Assembly: GCF_003018115.1 (NCBI RefSeq)
Contig: NZ_CP027457.1
Strand: one strand, 5' to 3'
Source: Escherichia coli
Lineage (GTDB): Bacteria; Pseudomonadota; Gammaproteobacteria; Enterobacterales; Enterobacteriaceae
Length of the DNA: 64,000 nt
Within the stretch, counting starts at the first letter, position 1. Each line of letters starts with the position of its first letter. The position numbers were made by a program, and so were the translations under genes. The notes beneath the pieces were generated by a model. The model did not search any database and was not told the DNA's origin. It saw nothing but the letters and a program-made list of their open reading frames with translations. Shown piece by piece: positions 1 to 14,588 of the stretch.

Positions 1-247
1 GCTGGTGAGCGGAGAGCATGTCGTTATAGGAGGTGATGATGGCGATATTGTTACGCAACATGCTTTTCAAAGAGGCTTTGTCTTCTGGCTGGCAGGCAGC
101 GAAACCGTGTGCCAGGTTACCGCATGCCAACTGCGAACGATGAACGGTCGACGTTTTCGCTTGTTCTATCCGGGCGAGATAAGCAGAGCGAGTCTCGCGC
201 GAACGTTCAATGATTCGATTTGTTACGCGTAACAATTGTGGATTCAT
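1..247 (-). CDS. edd: phosphogluconate dehydratase Edd, N-terminal part (gene continues left of window)
   Basis: Minus-strand ATG at 247 translates MNPQLLRVTNRIIERSRETRSAYLARIEQAK..., matching my recollection of Edd; the listed + ORF 5..232 is its antisense. Confidence 0.8.
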   Translation of the reverse strand, partial: MNPQLLRVTNRIIERSRETRSAYLARIEQAKTSTVHRSQLACGNLAHGFAACQPEDKASLKSMLRNNIAIITSYNDMLSAHQ

Positions 248-481
248 AAAGGCTCCTGAAATTGAGTTGTCAGAGCAGGATGATTCACAACGCGTTTCAT
301 TCAGAGGATTTATGACTGAAACGCCTGTAACCGGAGCTCATAGGGCAAAAACGTTTCAGTCAGTGTAATAAAAAAAGCCTCGTGGGTGAATCCGCACGAG
401 GCCTGAAAGTGTAAAAATTGTTCTACAATCTGTGCAAGATCATGTTACCGGTAAAATAACCATAAAGGATAAGCGCAGATA

Positions 482-1957
482 TTACTCAAACTCATTCCAG
501 GAACGACCATCACGGGTAATCATCGCCACCGAGGCAACGGGTCCCCAGGTTCCGGCCTGATACGGTTTCGGCGCATCATTGTCCATCGCCCACGCCTCAG
601 TAATGGAGTCTACCCATTTCCAGGCTTCTTCCACTTCGTCGCGACGAACAAACAGTGCCTGAATACCACGCATGGTTTCCAGCAGCAAACGTTCATAGGC
701 ATCCGCCAGATGCGTCTGATTAAAGGTTTCTGAATAGCTCAGATCCAGCTTGGTGATTTGCAGGTTATGTTTGTGGTCAAGGCCAGGAACTTTATTCAGT
801 ACCTGGATATCCACGCCTTCATCAGGTTGCAGACGGATAGTCAGTTTATTCTGCGGCAGATCCTGCCACGATTCTTTAAACAGATTCAGTTCAGGTGTTT
901 TGAAATAGACCACGACTTCAGAACATTTGGTCGGCAGACGTTTACCAGTACGCAGGTAGAATGGCACACCGGCCCAGCGCCAGTTATCAATGTCGACGCG
1001 GATCGCTACGAAGGTTTCTGTATTGCTGCTCTTGTTCGCGCCCTCTTCTTCCAGATATCCCGGCACTTTTTTGCCCTGGGCGAAGCCCGCAGTATATTGC
1101 CCGCGTACGGTTTTTTCGCGTACGTTGGAGCGGTCGATGCGGCGCAGAGACTTCAGTACTTTCACTTTTTCATCGCGGATGCTGTCTGCGCTCAGGTCAG
1201 ACGGCGGAGACATCGCAATCATGCAGAGAATTTGCAGCAGGTGGTTTTGGATCATATCGCGCATCTGACCGGCTTTATCAAAATAGCCCCAGCGCCCTTC
1301 GATCCCCACTTCTTCTGCCACGGTAATCTCAACATGATCAATGGTGCGATTGTCCCAGTTATTCACAAACAGGGAGTTAGCAAAACGCAGCGCCAACAGG
1401 TTCAGCACCGTTTCTTTACCAAGATAGTGGTCGATACGGTAAACCTGGCACTCCTCGAAGTATTCGCCAACCTGATCATTGATTTCCTGCGAGGTCGCCA
1501 GCGACGTCCCCAGCGGTTTCTCCATGACTACGCGTGCCGGTTTAGCATTCAGTTTAGCCTCGCCAAGCCCTTTGCAAATTGCGCCAAAAGTGCTGGGCGG
1601 CATGGCAAAGTAGTTAATGGTGATACGATTTTTTTGATCCAGCATCGCGCCGAGACGGCTGAATGCAGCAGTGTCATTGACATCGAGATTACAAAAATCC
1701 AGACGTGCACTCAGGGTGTCCCATAAACCTTCATCAATGGTTTCTTTCATGAAAGTTTCGAGCGCCTCGCGGACAACTTTGGTATATGCCGCTTTATCCC
1801 AGTCAGCACGCCCTACGCCGATAATCCGGGTGTCCGGGTTGAGCTGACCGGCTTTTTCCAGTTGATACAGGGAAGGCAGCAATTTACGACGCGCAAGGTC
1901 GCCTTTCGCGCCGAAAATGACCAGGTCACAGGCCTGGGCTGTTTGCGTTACCGCCAT
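482..1957 (-). CDS. zwf: glucose-6-phosphate 1-dehydrogenase
   Basis: 491-aa [37 protein letters not shown]..., G6PD NADP-binding and RIDHYLGKE motifs; synteny with hexR/pykA. Confidence 0.96.
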   Translation of the reverse strand: MAVTQTAQACDLVIFGAKGDLARRKLLPSLYQLEKAGQLNPDTRIIGVGRADWDKAAYTKVVREALETFMKETIDEGLWDTLSARLDFCNLDVNDTAAFSRLGAMLDQKNRITINYFAMPPSTFGAICKGLGEAKLNAKPARVVMEKPLGTSLATSQEINDQVGEYFEECQVYRIDHYLGKETVLNLLALRFANSLFVNNWDNRTIDHVEITVAEEVGIEGRWGYFDKAGQMRDMIQNHLLQILCMIAMSPPSDLSADSIRDEKVKVLKSLRRIDRSNVREKTVRGQYTAGFAQGKKVPGYLEEEGANKSSNTETFVAIRVDIDNWRWAGVPFYLRTGKRLPTKCSEVVVYFKTPELNLFKESWQDLPQNKLTIRLQPDEGVDIQVLNKVPGLDHKHNLQITKLDLSYSETFNQTHLADAYERLLLETMRGIQALFVRRDEVEEAWKWVDSITEAWAMDNDAPKPYQAGTWGPVASVAMITRDGRSWNEFE

Positions 1958-2294
1958 GTCATTCTCCTTAAGTTAACTAACCCGGTACTTAAGCCAGGGT
2001 ATACTTGTAATTTTCTTACGGTGCACTGTACTGCTTTTACGAGCTTGCGAAAACTGTAAACGCTTATCCACCCGTGCGATTATGGTAAAAGCGCGCAAAG
2101 TGCGGCAAAACTGATAAAAAAATCATCGTTTTCCATTGGGTAAAAATCTGACACTGATCATGTTATGAAAAAAAATAACAACTTTTTTATCTGCTTTTGT
2201 CATTAACACAGCACACAGGCGTAATATCTGACAAAACTACATTTCGATTTCTTTCAGTGCGGAAATCGTCATTACCCGTGAGTTTCTTTACATC

Positions 2295-3164
2295 ATGAAT
2301 ATGCTGGAAAAAATCCAGTCTCAGCTGGAACATTTGAGCAAATCAGAGCGCAAAGTTGCCGAGGTCATTCTGGCTTCGCCCGATAACGCGATCCATTCGA
2401 GTATTGCTGCTCTGGCGCTGGAAGCCAATGTTAGCGAACCGACGGTGAATCGTTTCTGTCGCAGCATGGACACGCGCGGTTTTCCTGATTTTAAACTTCA
2501 TCTGGCACAAAGTCTGGCGAATGGCACTCCCTATGTTAATCGCAATGTCAATGAAGATGACAGCGTTGAATCATACACAGGGAAAATATTTGAGTCCGCA
2601 ATGGCAACGCTTGATCATGTCCGTCATTCACTGGATAAATCTGCCATCAACCGCGCCGTCGACTTGCTCACTCAGGCAAAAAAAATCGCCTTTTTCGGAT
2701 TAGGCTCTTCAGCCGCCGTTGCCCACGATGCGATGAATAAGTTCTTTCGTTTTAATGTTCCGGTGGTGTACTCCGATGATATCGTGCTGCAACGCATGAG
2801 TTGTATGAATTGTAGCGACGGAGACGTGGTGGTGCTGATTTCTCACACTGGAAGAACAAAAAATCTGGTCGAGCTGGCGCAGCTGGCTCGCGAAAACGAC
2901 GCCATGGTGATTGCCCTCACCTCTGCGGGTACCCCGCTCGCCCGGGAAGCAACGCTGGCAATTACCCTCGACGTACCGGAAGATACTGACATTTATATGC
3001 CCATGGTTTCTCGACTTGCACAGCTGACCGTGATAGATGTGCTGGCGACAGGATTTACTTTGCGACGCGGTGCAAAATTCAGAGATAACTTGAAGCGGGT
3101 CAAGGAAGCGCTGAAGGAATCGCGTTTTGATAAGCAGTTACTTAATTTAAGTGACGATCGCTAA
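2295..3164 (+). CDS. hexR: RpiR-family transcriptional regulator HexR
   Basis: 289-aa ORF with N-terminal HTH and SIS domain, divergent from zwf as in K-12. Confidence 0.9.
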
Positions 3165-3291
3165 AAACGACTGTCACTGTCCTAATCTTATACGACATCC
3201 GAATGAGATTAATTTATCGCCATCGCGGCGTTATTTCATTCGGATTTCATGTTCAAGCAACACCTGGTTGTTTCAGTCAACGGAGTATTAC

Positions 3292-4734
3292 ATGTCCAGA
3301 AGGCTTCGCAGAACAAAAATCGTTACCACGTTAGGCCCAGCAACAGATCGCGATAATAATCTTGAAAAAGTTATCGCGGCGGGTGCCAACGTTGTACGTA
3401 TGAACTTTTCTCACGGCTCGCCTGAAGATCACAAAATGCGCGCGGATAAAGTTCGTGAGATTGCCGCAAAACTGGGGCGTCATGTGGCTATTCTGGGTGA
3501 CCTCCAGGGGCCCAAAATCCGTGTATCCACCTTTAAAGAAGGCAAAGTTTTCCTCAATATTGGGGATAAATTCCTGCTCGACGCCAACCTGGGTAAAGGT
3601 GAAGGCGACAAAGAAAAAGTCGGTATCGACTACAAAGGCCTGCCTGCTGACGTTGTGCCTGGCGACATCCTGCTGCTGGACGATGGTCGCGTCCAGTTAA
3701 AAGTACTGGAAGTTCAGGGCATGAAAGTGTTCACCGAAGTCACCGTCGGTGGTCCCCTCTCCAACAATAAAGGTATCAACAAACTTGGCGGCGGTTTGTC
3801 GGCTGAAGCGCTGACCGAAAAAGACAAAGCAGACATTAAGACTGCGGCGTTGATTGGCGTAGATTACCTGGCTGTCTCCTTCCCACGCTGTGGCGAAGAT
3901 CTGAACTATGCCCGTCGCCTGGCACGCGATGCAGGATGTGATGCGAAAATTGTTGCCAAGGTTGAACGTGCGGAAGCCGTTTGCAGCCAGGATGCAATGG
4001 ATGACATCATCCTCGCCTCTGACGTGGTAATGGTTGCACGTGGCGACCTCGGTGTGGAAATTGGCGACCCGGAACTGGTCGGCATTCAGAAAGCGTTGAT
4101 CCGTCGTGCGCGTCAGCTAAACCGAGCGGTAATCACGGCGACCCAGATGATGGAGTCAATGATTACTAACCCGATGCCGACGCGTGCAGAAGTCATGGAC
4201 GTAGCAAACGCCGTTCTGGATGGTACTGACGCTGTGATGCTGTCTGCAGAAACTGCCGCTGGGCAGTATCCGTCAGAAACTGTTGCAGCCATGGCGCGCG
4301 TTTGCCTGGGTGCGGAAAAAATCCCGAGCATCAACGTTTCTAAACACCGTCTGGACGTTCAGTTCGACAATGTGGAAGAAGCTATTGCCATGTCAGCAAT
4401 GTACGCAGCTAACCACCTGAAAGGCGTTACGGCGATCATTACCATGACCGAATCGGGTCGTACCGCGCTGATGACCTCCCGTATCAGCTCTGGTCTACCA
4501 ATTTTCGCCATGTCGCGCCATGAACGTACGCTGAACCTGACTGCTCTCTATCGTGGCGTTACGCCGGTGCACTTTGATAGCGCTAATGACGGCGTAGCAG
4601 CTGCCAGCGAAGCGGTTAATCTGCTGCGCGATAAAGGTTACTTGATGTCTGGTGACCTGGTGATTGTCACCCAGGGCGACGTGATGAGTACCGTGGGTTC
4701 TACTAATACCACGCGTATTTTAACGGTAGAGTAA
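3292..4734 (+). CDS. pykA: pyruvate kinase II
   Basis: ORF 3151..4734 trimmed to ATG at 3292 ([19 protein letters not shown]...), 480 aa, pyruvate kinase motifs. Confidence 0.94.
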
Positions 4735-4740
4735 GTACGT

Positions 4741-4780
4741 TGCCGGATGCGGCGAAAACGCCACATCCGGCCTACAGTTC
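4741..4780. repeat. REP-type palindromic element downstream of pykA
   Basis: gccggatgcggcg...cgccacatccggc imperfect palindrome typical of E. coli REP units. Confidence 0.6.
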
Positions 4781-4837
4781 AATGATAGTTCAACAGATTT
4801 CGAATATTCTGAAGCAAACTTGAACTTATCATCAGGC

Positions 4838-4868
4838 GAAGGCCTCTCCTCGCGAGAGGCTTTTTTAT
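4838..4868 (+). terminator. intrinsic terminator after pykA
   Basis: gcctctcctcgcgagaggc hairpin followed by TTTTTTATTT. Confidence 0.7.
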
Positions 4869-5836
4869 TTGATGGGATAAAGATCTTTGCGCTTATACGG
4901 CTGGATTTCGCCCGGTTTGCGAGTTTTCAGCAATTTTAGTATCCAGGTGTATTGTTCTGGTCGCGGACCAACAAAAATCTCGACTTCTTCATTCATCCGC
5001 CGCGCAATCGTATGATCATCCGCCTCTAACAGATCATCCATCGGTGGGCGCACCTGAATCGTCAGACGATGCGTCTTGTCATCATAAATCGGAAACAGCG
5101 GTACAACGCGCGCACGGCACACTTTCATCAAACGACCAATCGCGGGCAACGTCGCTTTATAGGTGGCAAAGAAATCCACAAATTCGCTGTGCTCTGGGCC
5201 ATGATCCTGATCGGGTAAATAATATCCCCAGTACCCCTGACGTACCGACTGGATGAATGGTTTAATACCGTCATTTCTCGCATGCAGACGACCGCCAAAG
5301 CGACGACGCACCGTGTTCCAGACATAATCAAAAACCGGGTTGCCCTGATTATGGAACATCGCTGCCATTTTCTGCCCTTGCGAGGCCATCAGCATGGCAG
5401 GAATATCGACGGCCCAACCGTGCGGCACCAGAAAGATAACTTTCTCGTTATTACGCCGCATCTCTTCGATGATCTCCAGCCCTTGCCAGTCAACGCGCGG
5501 CTGAATTTTCTCCGGCCCGCGTATTGCCAACTCAGCCATCATTGCCATCGCTTGCGGCGCGGTGGCAAACATCTCATCAACAATCGCTTCGCGTTCAGCT
5601 TCACTACGTTCTGGAAAGCAGAGCGACAGATTGATTAACGCACGACGGCGTGAGCTTTTTCCCAGTCGTCCGGCAAAACGTCCCAGCCGTGCCAGAATGG
5701 GATCACGGAACTTTGGCGGCGTTAAAGCGATACCCGCCATCGCTGCTACGCCCAGCCATGCTCCCCAGTAGCGCGGGTGGCGAAAGGATTTATCAAACTC
5801 AGGAATGTATTCGCTATTATTTTTTTTCGTTTCCAT
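4865..5836 (-). CDS. lpxM: lipid A biosynthesis myristoyltransferase
   Basis: 323-aa [32 protein letters not shown]..., late acyltransferase family, K-12 synteny. Confidence 0.92.
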   Translation of the reverse strand: METKKNNSEYIPEFDKSFRHPRYWGAWLGVAAMAGIALTPPKFRDPILARLGRFAGRLGKSSRRRALINLSLCFPERSEAEREAIVDEMFATAPQAMAMMAELAIRGPEKIQPRVDWQGLEIIEEMRRNNEKVIFLVPHGWAVDIPAMLMASQGQKMAAMFHNQGNPVFDYVWNTVRRRFGGRLHARNDGIKPFIQSVRQGYWGYYLPDQDHGPEHSEFVDFFATYKATLPAIGRLMKVCRARVVPLFPIYDDKTHRLTIQVRPPMDDLLEADDHTIARRMNEEVEIFVGPRPEQYTWILKLLKTRKPGEIQPYKRKDLYPIK

Positions 5837-5955
5837 GCTTTTCCAGTTTCGGATAAGGCAAAAATCAATCTGGTGATAGTGTAGCGGCGCAACTTGCCCC
5901 GCACCAAATAAAAAAAGCCGGTACTGACTGCGTACCGGCTGCGAATGGATGTTAA

Positions 5956-7278
5956 TTAATCAAACCGTAGCTGCGGCACAATCTCTTTGGCCTGCGCCAG
6001 GAATTCGCGACGATCGGAGCCGGTCAGCCCTTCGGTACGCGGCAGTTTTGCCGTCAGCGGGTTTACGGCCTGCTGGTTTATCCATACTTCATAGTGCAGA
6101 TGCGGCCCGGTTGAACGTCCGGTATTACCGGAAAGCGCGATACGGTCGCCACGTTTCACCTTCTGTCCCGGTTTCACCAGAATCTTGCGCAAGTGCATAT
6201 AACGCGTGGTGTAGCTGCGACCATGACGAATAGCCACATAATAACCTGCTGCGCCACTGCGTTTGGCAACCACCACTTCACCGTCACCCACTGAAAGCAC
6301 TGGCGTACCCTGCGGCATGGCGAAATCAACACCTCTGTGTGGTGCAACGCGACCTGTCACCGGATTAGTACGACGCGGGTTAAAGTTAGACGAGATACGG
6401 AACTGTTTCGCCGTCGGGAATCGCATGAATCCTTTCGCCAGACCAGTACCGTTACGATCGTAGAATTTGCCATCTTCAGCGCGGATAGCGTAATAATCTT
6501 TACCTTCTGAACGCAAACGTACGCCCAGCAGCTGGCTTTGCTCACGTTTACCATCAAGCATTTCTCGAGACATTAATACCGCAAATTCATCGCCTTTTTT
6601 CAGTTTGCGGAAATCCATTTGCCACTGCATGGCTTTAATCACTGCGCTCACTTCGGCGCTGGTTAAACCGGCGTTTCTGGCGCTGGCAACAAAGCTCCCC
6701 CCGACGGTACCTTTCAGCAGATTGTTAACCCACTCTCCTTGCTGCATTTCGCTGGTCATTTTAAAACCGTTAGCGGCAGTACGGTCATAGGTTCGGGTTT
6801 CACGACGAGACACTTCCCAGGTGAGGCGCTGCAGTTCGCCGTCCGCGGTTAATGTCCAGGAGAGTTGTTGACCGATTTTCAGGTTACGCAATTCTTTGTC
6901 GGCCGCAGCCAGTTGGGTGATATCACCCATATCAATACCATACTGATTGAGAATGCTGCTTAGCGTATCGCCAGTGGAAACAACATATTCATGCACGCCC
7001 GCTTCACCGGCAATTTTGTCATCCAGTTCGTCCTGGGGAATGGCTTCATCTTCTTGTGCAGCTTGATCAATCGGTTCACTGGCTTCAGGTAAGAGCGAAC
7101 GAATTTCGTTCTGTTCCAGCTCAATGGTTTTGACAATTGGCGTGGCATCGCGGTGATAAACATAGGGCCGCCAGACAGCGACGGCCAGAGTAAGAACGGT
7201 GAGCGACCCCAACATAACGCGGTGTGGTCGCGGTAAATTATTAAACGCCAGGGCGACAGAGCGGGCTATCTGTTGCAC
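5956..7278 (-). CDS. mepM: murein DD-endopeptidase MepM (LysM + M23 peptidase)
   Basis: 440-aa ORF with LysM region and C-terminal M23 signature (HxxxD ... [15 protein letters not shown]). Confidence 0.92.
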   Translation of the reverse strand: MQQIARSVALAFNNLPRPHRVMLGSLTVLTLAVAVWRPYVYHRDATPIVKTIELEQNEIRSLLPEASEPIDQAAQEDEAIPQDELDDKIAGEAGVHEYVVSTGDTLSSILNQYGIDMGDITQLAAADKELRNLKIGQQLSWTLTADGELQRLTWEVSRRETRTYDRTAANGFKMTSEMQQGEWVNNLLKGTVGGSFVASARNAGLTSAEVSAVIKAMQWQMDFRKLKKGDEFAVLMSREMLDGKREQSQLLGVRLRSEGKDYYAIRAEDGKFYDRNGTGLAKGFMRFPTAKQFRISSNFNPRRTNPVTGRVAPHRGVDFAMPQGTPVLSVGDGEVVVAKRSGAAGYYVAIRHGRSYTTRYMHLRKILVKPGQKVKRGDRIALSGNTGRSTGPHLHYEVWINQQAVNPLTAKLPRTEGLTGSDRREFLAQAKEIVPQLRFD

Positions 7279-7293
7279 GTAATCACTTCCTCA

Positions 7294-8226
7294 TTAATCT
7301 CCTTTCAGGCAGCTCGCATACTGGTTGGCTAATTGACTCAGGAATTCTGAATAGCTTGTTTTACCCAGTTTGATATTCGTCCCCAGGGGATCCAACGTTC
7401 CCATACGAACGGATGTCCCTCGTGCGACGCTCTCAACGACCGCTGGCCTGAACTGTGGCTCAGCAAAAACGCAGGTTGCTTTTTGCTCAACCAACTGTGT
7501 TCTTATTTCATGTAAACGCTGCGCGCCAGGTTGAATCTCAGGGTTAACGGTAAAATGACCAAGCGGTGTCAGTCCGAACTGTTTTTCGAAATAGCCGTAA
7601 GCATCGTGAAAAACGAAATAACCTTTCCCCTTGAGCGGCGCGAGCTCGTTACCAACCTGCGTTTCGGTTGAGGCTAATTGTGCCTCAAAATCCTTCAGGT
7701 TGGCGTCAAGTTTGGCTCGACTTTGCGGCATAAGTTCCACTAATTTTCCATGGATTGCAACCGCTGTAGCCCGCGCTATCTCTGGGGAAAGCCAAAGATG
7801 CATGTTGAAATCGCCGTGATGGTGATCTTCGTCACTTTTTTCCGCGTGGTCGTGATCATCATCATCGCCGTGAATACTTTTCATCAGTAGCGGTTTCACA
7901 TCTTCAAGCTGCGCAATCGTTACCTGCTTCGCTTCTGGTAATTTGCTTACCGGTTTTTGCATAAACGCTTCCATCTCCGGGCCAACCCAAACGACTAAGT
8001 CCGCGTTCTGTAAGCGTTTTACATCCGATGGACGCAGTGAATAATCATGTTCTGAAGCGCCGTCAGGAAGTAAAACCTCCGTTTCTGTTACCCCATCAGC
8101 AATGGCAGAAGCGATGAACCCAACGGGTTTAAGCGAAGCGACAACGGCGGCATCTGCGGCCTGTGTTGCACCTCCCCAGAGAGCGGCGGATAATGCTGCG
8201 AAAAGAAGCGTTTTTTTATGTAACAT
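7294..8226 (-). CDS. znuA: zinc ABC transporter periplasmic binding protein
   Basis: ORF 7294..8352 trimmed to [19 protein letters not shown] signal peptide start; His/Asp-rich loop ([25 protein letters not shown]). Confidence 0.9.
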   Translation of the reverse strand: MLHKKTLLFAALSAALWGGATQAADAAVVASLKPVGFIASAIADGVTETEVLLPDGASEHDYSLRPSDVKRLQNADLVVWVGPEMEAFMQKPVSKLPEAKQVTIAQLEDVKPLLMKSIHGDDDDHDHAEKSDEDHHHGDFNMHLWLSPEIARATAVAIHGKLVELMPQSRAKLDANLKDFEAQLASTETQVGNELAPLKGKGYFVFHDAYGYFEKQFGLTPLGHFTVNPEIQPGAQRLHEIRTQLVEQKATCVFAEPQFRPAVVESVARGTSVRMGTLDPLGTNIKLGKTSYSEFLSQLANQYASCLKGD

Positions 8227-8257
8227 AATGCGACCAATCATCGTAATGAATATGAGA

Positions 8258-8280
8258 AGTGTGATATTATAACATTTCAT
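8258..8280. promoter_or_regulatory. Zur box in divergent znuA/znuC promoter region
   Basis: tgtgatattataacatttca, an AT-rich palindrome resembling the Zur consensus, between znuA and znuC starts. Confidence 0.55.
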
Positions 8281-8304
8281 GACTACTGCAAGACTAAAAT
8301 TAAC

Positions 8305-9060
8305 ATGACAAGTCTGGTTTCCCTGGAAAATGTCTCGGTTTCTTTTGGCCAACGCCGCGTCCTCTCTGATGTGTCGCTGGAACTTAAACCTGGAAAAATT
8401 TTGACTTTACTTGGGCCAAATGGCGCAGGTAAGTCGACACTGGTACGGGTAGTGCTCGGGCTGGTAACACCCGATGAAGGGGTTATCAAGCGCAACGCAA
8501 AACTGCGCATCGGCTATGTACCGCAGAAGCTGTATCTCGACACCACGTTGCCACTGACCGTAAACCGTTTTTTACGCTTACGCCCTGGCACACATAAAGA
8601 AGATATTTTGCCTGCACTGAAACGTGTCCAGGCCGGGCACCTGATTAACGCACCGATGCAAAAGCTCTCTGGTGGCGAAACGCAGCGTGTACTGTTAGCG
8701 CGAGCATTGTTAAATCGACCGCAATTATTAGTGCTGGATGAACCCACTCAAGGCGTGGATGTAAATGGCCAGGTGGCGTTATATGACCTTATTGACCAGT
8801 TGCGTCGCGAACTGGATTGTGGCGTTTTAATGGTTTCTCACGATCTGCATCTGGTAATGGCAAAAACCGATGAAGTGCTTTGCCTGAATCACCACATTTG
8901 TTGTTCCGGCACACCGGAAGTTGTTTCCCTGCATCCGGAGTTTATTTCAATGTTTGGTCCTCGTGGTGCTGAACAACTGGGTATCTATCGCCATCATCAT
9001 AATCATCGTCACGATTTACAGGGACGAATTGTTTTGCGTCGGGGAAATGATCGCTCATGA
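8305..9060 (+). CDS. znuC: zinc ABC transporter ATP-binding protein
   Basis: 251-aa ORF with Walker [13 protein letters not shown] signature LSGGETQR, Walker B LLVLDEP. Confidence 0.95.
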   Translation: MTSLVSLENVSVSFGQRRVLSDVSLELKPGKILTLLGPNGAGKSTLVRVVLGLVTPDEGVIKRNAKLRIGYVPQKLYLDTTLPLTVNRFLRLRPGTHKEDILPALKRVQAGHLINAPMQKLSGGETQRVLLARALLNRPQLLVLDEPTQGVDVNGQVALYDLIDQLRRELDCGVLMVSHDLHLVMAKTDEVLCLNHHICCSGTPEVVSLHPEFISMFGPRGAEQLGIYRHHHNHRHDLQGRIVLRRGNDRS

Positions 9061-9842
9061 TTGAATTATTATTTCCCGGTTGGTTAGCCGGGATCATGCT
9101 CGCCTGTGCCGCGGGTCCGCTGGGTTCGTTTGTAGTCTGGCGTCGTATGTCTTATTTCGGTGATACGCTGGCTCATGCCTCATTACTTGGTGTCGCGTTT
9201 GGTTTGTTGCTGGACGTGAATCCATTCTATGCGGTGATTGCCGTTACGCTGCTGCTGGCGGGCGGTCTGGTATGGCTGGAGAAGCGTCCACAGCTGGCGA
9301 TCGACACGTTATTAGGGATTATGGCGCACAGTGCCCTGTCGCTGGGCCTGGTGGTCGTTAGTCTGATGGCTAACATTCGTGTTGATTTGATGACTTACCT
9401 GTTCGGTGATTTACTGGCAGTGACGCCAGAAGATCTCATCTCTATTGCAATTGGCGTGGTCATCGTGGTGGCTATTTTGTTCTGGCAATGGCGCAATTTG
9501 CTGTCGATGACGATTAGCCCGGATCTGGCGTTTGTTGATGGTGTGAAATTACAGCGCGTGAAATTGTTGTTGATGCTGGTGACGGCATTGACGATTGGTG
9601 TAGCGATGAAATTTGTCGGCGCGTTGATTATTACTTCGCTGCTGATTATTCCTGCAGCTACTGCACGTCGCTTTGCCCGTACGCCGGAACAGATGGCTGG
9701 TGTCGCTGTTTTGGTGGGGATGGTGGCAGTAACTGGCGGTTTAACCTTTTCCGCGTTTTACGATACGCCGGCGGGTCCGTCGGTGGTGCTATGTGCGGCA
9801 CTGTTATTTATTATCAGTATGATGAAAAAGCAGGCCAGCTAA
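9057..9842 (+). CDS. znuB: zinc ABC transporter permease
   Basis: 261-aa polytopic membrane ORF overlapping znuC stop by 4 nt. Confidence 0.95.
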   Translation: MIELLFPGWLAGIMLACAAGPLGSFVVWRRMSYFGDTLAHASLLGVAFGLLLDVNPFYAVIAVTLLLAGGLVWLEKRPQLAIDTLLGIMAHSALSLGLVVVSLMANIRVDLMTYLFGDLLAVTPEDLISIAIGVVIVVAILFWQWRNLLSMTISPDLAFVDGVKLQRVKLLLMLVTALTIGVAMKFVGALIITSLLIIPAATARRFARTPEQMAGVAVLVGMVAVTGGLTFSAFYDTPAGPSVVLCAALLFIISMMKKQAS

Positions 9843-9854
9843 TCTATCGCTGAA

Positions 9855-11198
<1,344 letters not shown>

Positions 11199-11203
11199 TT
11201 ACC

Positions 11204-11815
11204 TCATAACGCGGCGCGTAGGGCTTCGCGAATTAATGTTTCACTGCTGGCGTCAGGGCGAGCGATTTTGCTCACCATGCGGCTTGCTTCTTGTGGTTTA
11301 TAGCCCAGCGCCACCAGCGCGGCAACCGCTTCTTGTTCAGCATCGTCGGTCGCCGGGCTGGCAGGAGACGTGAGTACCAGGTCGGCGGCTGGCGTAAAGA
11401 GATCGCCATGCAAACCTTTAAATCGGTCTTTCATTTCCACAATCAAGCGTTCGGCGGTTTTTTTGCCAATACCCGGCAGTTTCACCAGTGCCCCCACTTC
11501 TTCACGCTCAACGGCATTAACGAACTGCTGCGCTGACATTCCGGAGAGGATCGCCAGCGCCAACTTCGGGCCGACGCCGTTGGTTTTGATCAACTCTTTG
11601 AACAATGTGCGCTCTTGTTTATTGTTAAAACCGTACAGCAGCTGCGCGTCTTCACGCACCACAAAGTGGGTGAAAACGATCGCTTCCTGTCCCGCTTCAG
11701 GGAGTTCATAAAAACAGGTCATCGGCATATGCACTTCATAGCCTACGCCGCCCACTTCAATTAACACCAGCGGGGGTTGTTTTTCAATGATGATGCCTCT
11801 GAGTCTGCCTATCAC
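11204..11815 (-). CDS. ruvA: Holliday junction DNA helicase subunit RuvA
   Basis: 203-aa [31 protein letters not shown]... Confidence 0.97.
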   Translation of the reverse strand: MIGRLRGIIIEKQPPLVLIEVGGVGYEVHMPMTCFYELPEAGQEAIVFTHFVVREDAQLLYGFNNKQERTLFKELIKTNGVGPKLALAILSGMSAQQFVNAVEREEVGALVKLPGIGKKTAERLIVEMKDRFKGLHGDLFTPAADLVLTSPASPATDDAEQEAVAALVALGYKPQEASRMVSKIARPDASSETLIREALRAAL

Positions 11816-11866
11816 ATGACGCTCCTGCGTAATGAATCAAAGATAATGCTGTATGATAAAAAAATG

Positions 11867-11882
11867 CTGGATAGATATCCAG
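11867..11882. promoter_or_regulatory. LexA (SOS) box upstream of ruvAB
   Basis: CTGGATAGATATCCAG palindrome upstream of ruvA. Confidence 0.7.
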
Positions 11883-12089
11883 CGAAGGATGAAGAAAACT
11901 TGCGAGGTGTCTCGATGATCTGAAAAATGGCACAGTATAATTTATTCTACAGGTTATTTTGGAAGCAAATATTTTAATATTACATATTCAGTGAAAAAAT
12001 GCGTAATAAAAATATACATTGCGCCTCCTGAAAAAATAAATTTTTTATGCTATTACGTATATTCGTATCTATTTCAATGGAATGACAAC

Positions 12090-12692
12090 GTGAATATTAA
12101 TTACCCTGCTGAATATGAAATTGGAGATATCGCCTTTACATGTATAGGTGCTGCCTTATTTGGTCAAATATCAGCTGCATCAAATTGTTGGAGTAATCAC
12201 GTCGGGATCATTATCGGTCATAACGGTGAAGACTTCCTGGTTGCAGAAAGCCGGGTCCCCCTTTCAACCATCACCACGCTATCTCGTTTTATTAAACGTT
12301 CTTCTAATCAACGCTATGCTATAAAGCGATTAGACGCTGGGCTGACAGAACAACAAAAACAACGAATTGTTGAACAGATTCCCTCCCGGCTACGCAAACT
12401 CTACCACACCGGTTTTAAATACGAATCTTCGCGCCAGTTCTGTTCAAAATTTGTCTTTGATATTTATAAAGAGGCGCTATGTATTCCGGTGGGTGAAATA
12501 GAAACGTTTGGAGAACTGTTAAATAGCAATCCGAATGCAAAACTCACTTTCTGGAAATTCTGGTTCCTGGGTTCTATTCCGTGGGAGCGTAAAACCGTCA
12601 CGCCAGCCAGTTTGTGGCATCATCCGGGTTTGGTGTTGATTCATGCGGAGGGAGTGGAAACGCCTCAGCCGGAACTGACCGAGGCGGTATAA
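12090..12692 (+). CDS. yebB: uncharacterized protein YebB
   Basis: ORF 11991..12692 trimmed to in-frame GTG at 12090 ([13 protein letters not shown]...) giving a 603-nt gene as I recall for K-12 yebB; start codon uncertain. Confidence 0.7.
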   Translation: MNINYPAEYEIGDIAFTCIGAALFGQISAASNCWSNHVGIIIGHNGEDFLVAESRVPLSTITTLSRFIKRSSNQRYAIKRLDAGLTEQQKQRIVEQIPSRLRKLYHTGFKYESSRQFCSKFVFDIYKEALCIPVGEIETFGELLNSNPNAKLTFWKFWFLGSIPWERKTVTPASLWHHPGLVLIHAEGVETPQPELTEAV

Positions 12693-12693
12693 C

Positions 12694-13215
12694 TTAACGC
12701 AGTCGCCCTCTCGCCAGGTTCAGCCGCGATTCGCTCATCTGCATCGCATTCTGACTGACGTGACAATGGGTAATCGCGATAGCTAACGCATCGGCGGCAT
12801 CCGCCTGTGGATTAGCGGGCAGTTTCAGCAAGGTGCGGACCATATGCTGCACCTGGCTTTTTTCGGCACTACCAATACCTACCACCGTTTGCTTTACCTG
12901 ACGTGCCGCGTATTCAAATACCGGCAATTCCTGATTCACCGCCGCAACAATCGCCACGCCGCGCGCCTGGCCCAGTTTCAGGGCTGAGTCAGCGTTCTTC
13001 GCCATAAAGACTTGTTCAATGGCGAAATAATCAGGCTGGAACTGGGTGATGATTTCCGTCACGCCCGCATAGATGAGCTTCAGACGAGACGGTAAATCAT
13101 CCACTTTGGTGCGTATGCATCCGCTACCCAGGTAGGACAGTTGCCTGCCTACCTGGCGAATTACGCCATAGCCGGTCACGCGCGAACCCGGATCAATGCC
13201 GAGAATAATAGCCAT
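12694..13215 (-). CDS. ruvC: crossover junction endodeoxyribonuclease RuvC
   Basis: [19 protein letters not shown]... 173 aa (second Met of listed ORF). Confidence 0.95.
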
Positions 13216-13249
13216 CACGCGTCTCCGTTTTGCTGTTTAGCAGGCCTCA

Positions 13250-13990
13250 TCAGAGAGTCGCTGCGACCTCATCAGAGATTTCACCGTTATGGTAAACTTC
13301 CTGCACGTCGTCGCAATCTTCCAGCATATCGATCAGACGCATCAGTTTCGGTGCGGTTTCTGCATCCATATCAGCTTTGGTGGACGGGATCATGGAAACT
13401 TCCGCGCTGTCTGCTTTCAGACCTGCCGCTTCCAGAGCGTCGCGCACTTTACCCATTTCTTCCCATGCAGTGTAGACATCAATCGCGCCGTCATCATAGG
13501 TCACAACGTCTTCAGCACCTGCTTCCAGAGCTGCTTCCATGATGGTGTCTTCATCGCCTTTCTCGAAGGAGATCACGCCTTTTTTGCTGAACAGATAGGC
13601 TACGGAACCATCTGTACCGAGGTTACCGCCACATTTGCTGAATGCATGACGCACTTCAGCAACGGTACGGTTGCGGTTGTCAGACAGACATTCAATCATG
13701 ATTGCCGTGCCGCCAGGACCGTAACCTTCGTAGATGATGGTTTCCATGTTTGCATCATCATCACCGCCCACACCACGTGCAATTGCGCGGTTCAGTGTGT
13801 CACGGGTCATGTTGTTAGACAGTGCTTTATCCACCGCCGCACGCAGACGCGGGTTAGCGTCCGGATCGCCACCGCCCAGCTTAGCCGCGGTTACCAGCTC
13901 ACGAATGATTTTAGTGAAGATTTTACCGCGCTTAGCATCCTGCGCAGCTTTACGATGTCTGGTGTTGGCCCATTTACTATGACCTGCCAT
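13250..13990 (-). CDS. yebC: YebC/PmpR-family transcriptional regulator
   Basis: 246-aa [30 protein letters not shown]... Confidence 0.95.
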
Positions 13991-14018
13991 AAAAATATCT
14001 CCAGATAGCCCTGCCTGT

Positions 14019-14471
14019 TCAGGCAGCGTTAATTACAAACTGTTCAATCGCCTGCCGGTTGCTCCAGGACTTAGTGAGCGCCGCCGCAGCAGGCGCATCA
14101 AGCCACTTGTAAGCCAGATGTTCAGTGAAAACGATCTGCCGCTCGTGCGGAAGCGCAAGACAGAACCATGATTCCGTATTACGCGTCACGCCCGGCGCAT
14201 AGCGATGACGTAAATGTGAAAAAATTTCAAACTCTACCGTGCGCTGACAGTCAATTAAGGTCAGTTGTTCAGCGACAACATCAATGGTGACCTCTTCCTT
14301 TACTTCGCGCATGGCAGCTTGCGGCGCGGTTTCACCCTCTTCCACGCTGCCGGTTACCGACTGCCAGAAATCGGGATCGTCACGCCGCTGCAACATCAGC
14401 ACCCGTTTCGTATCTTGTGCATAGATGACCACTAAGATCGAAACGGGACGCTTATACACTTTATCCTTCAC
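14019..14471 (-). CDS. nudB: dihydroneopterin triphosphate diphosphatase (Nudix)
   Basis: Nudix box [21 protein letters not shown]; listed ORF trimmed to GTG start giving 150 aa. Confidence 0.88.
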
Positions 14472-14588
14472 GCTGCCTCTTCGTTGACTGCCTTCGCTCA
14501 TCCCATTCACATAGTTATCTATGCTCATGGGAGTTCACTCAGTTGCCGCCTTGATGCAACGCGAATGATTTCGTGTATTTGAGTCATA

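Noticed and set aside
5-232. 75-aa plus-strand ORF at the window start
   Set aside because: It is the antisense of the edd 5' end, which translates convincingly on the minus strand.
758-1726. 322-aa plus-strand ORF inside zwf (and nested ORFs 961..1326, 990..1268)
   Set aside because: Antisense to a well-supported conserved gene; no start context.
13289-14008. 239-aa plus-strand ORF overlapping yebC
   Set aside because: Antisense shadow ORF; Cys/His-rich improbable composition.
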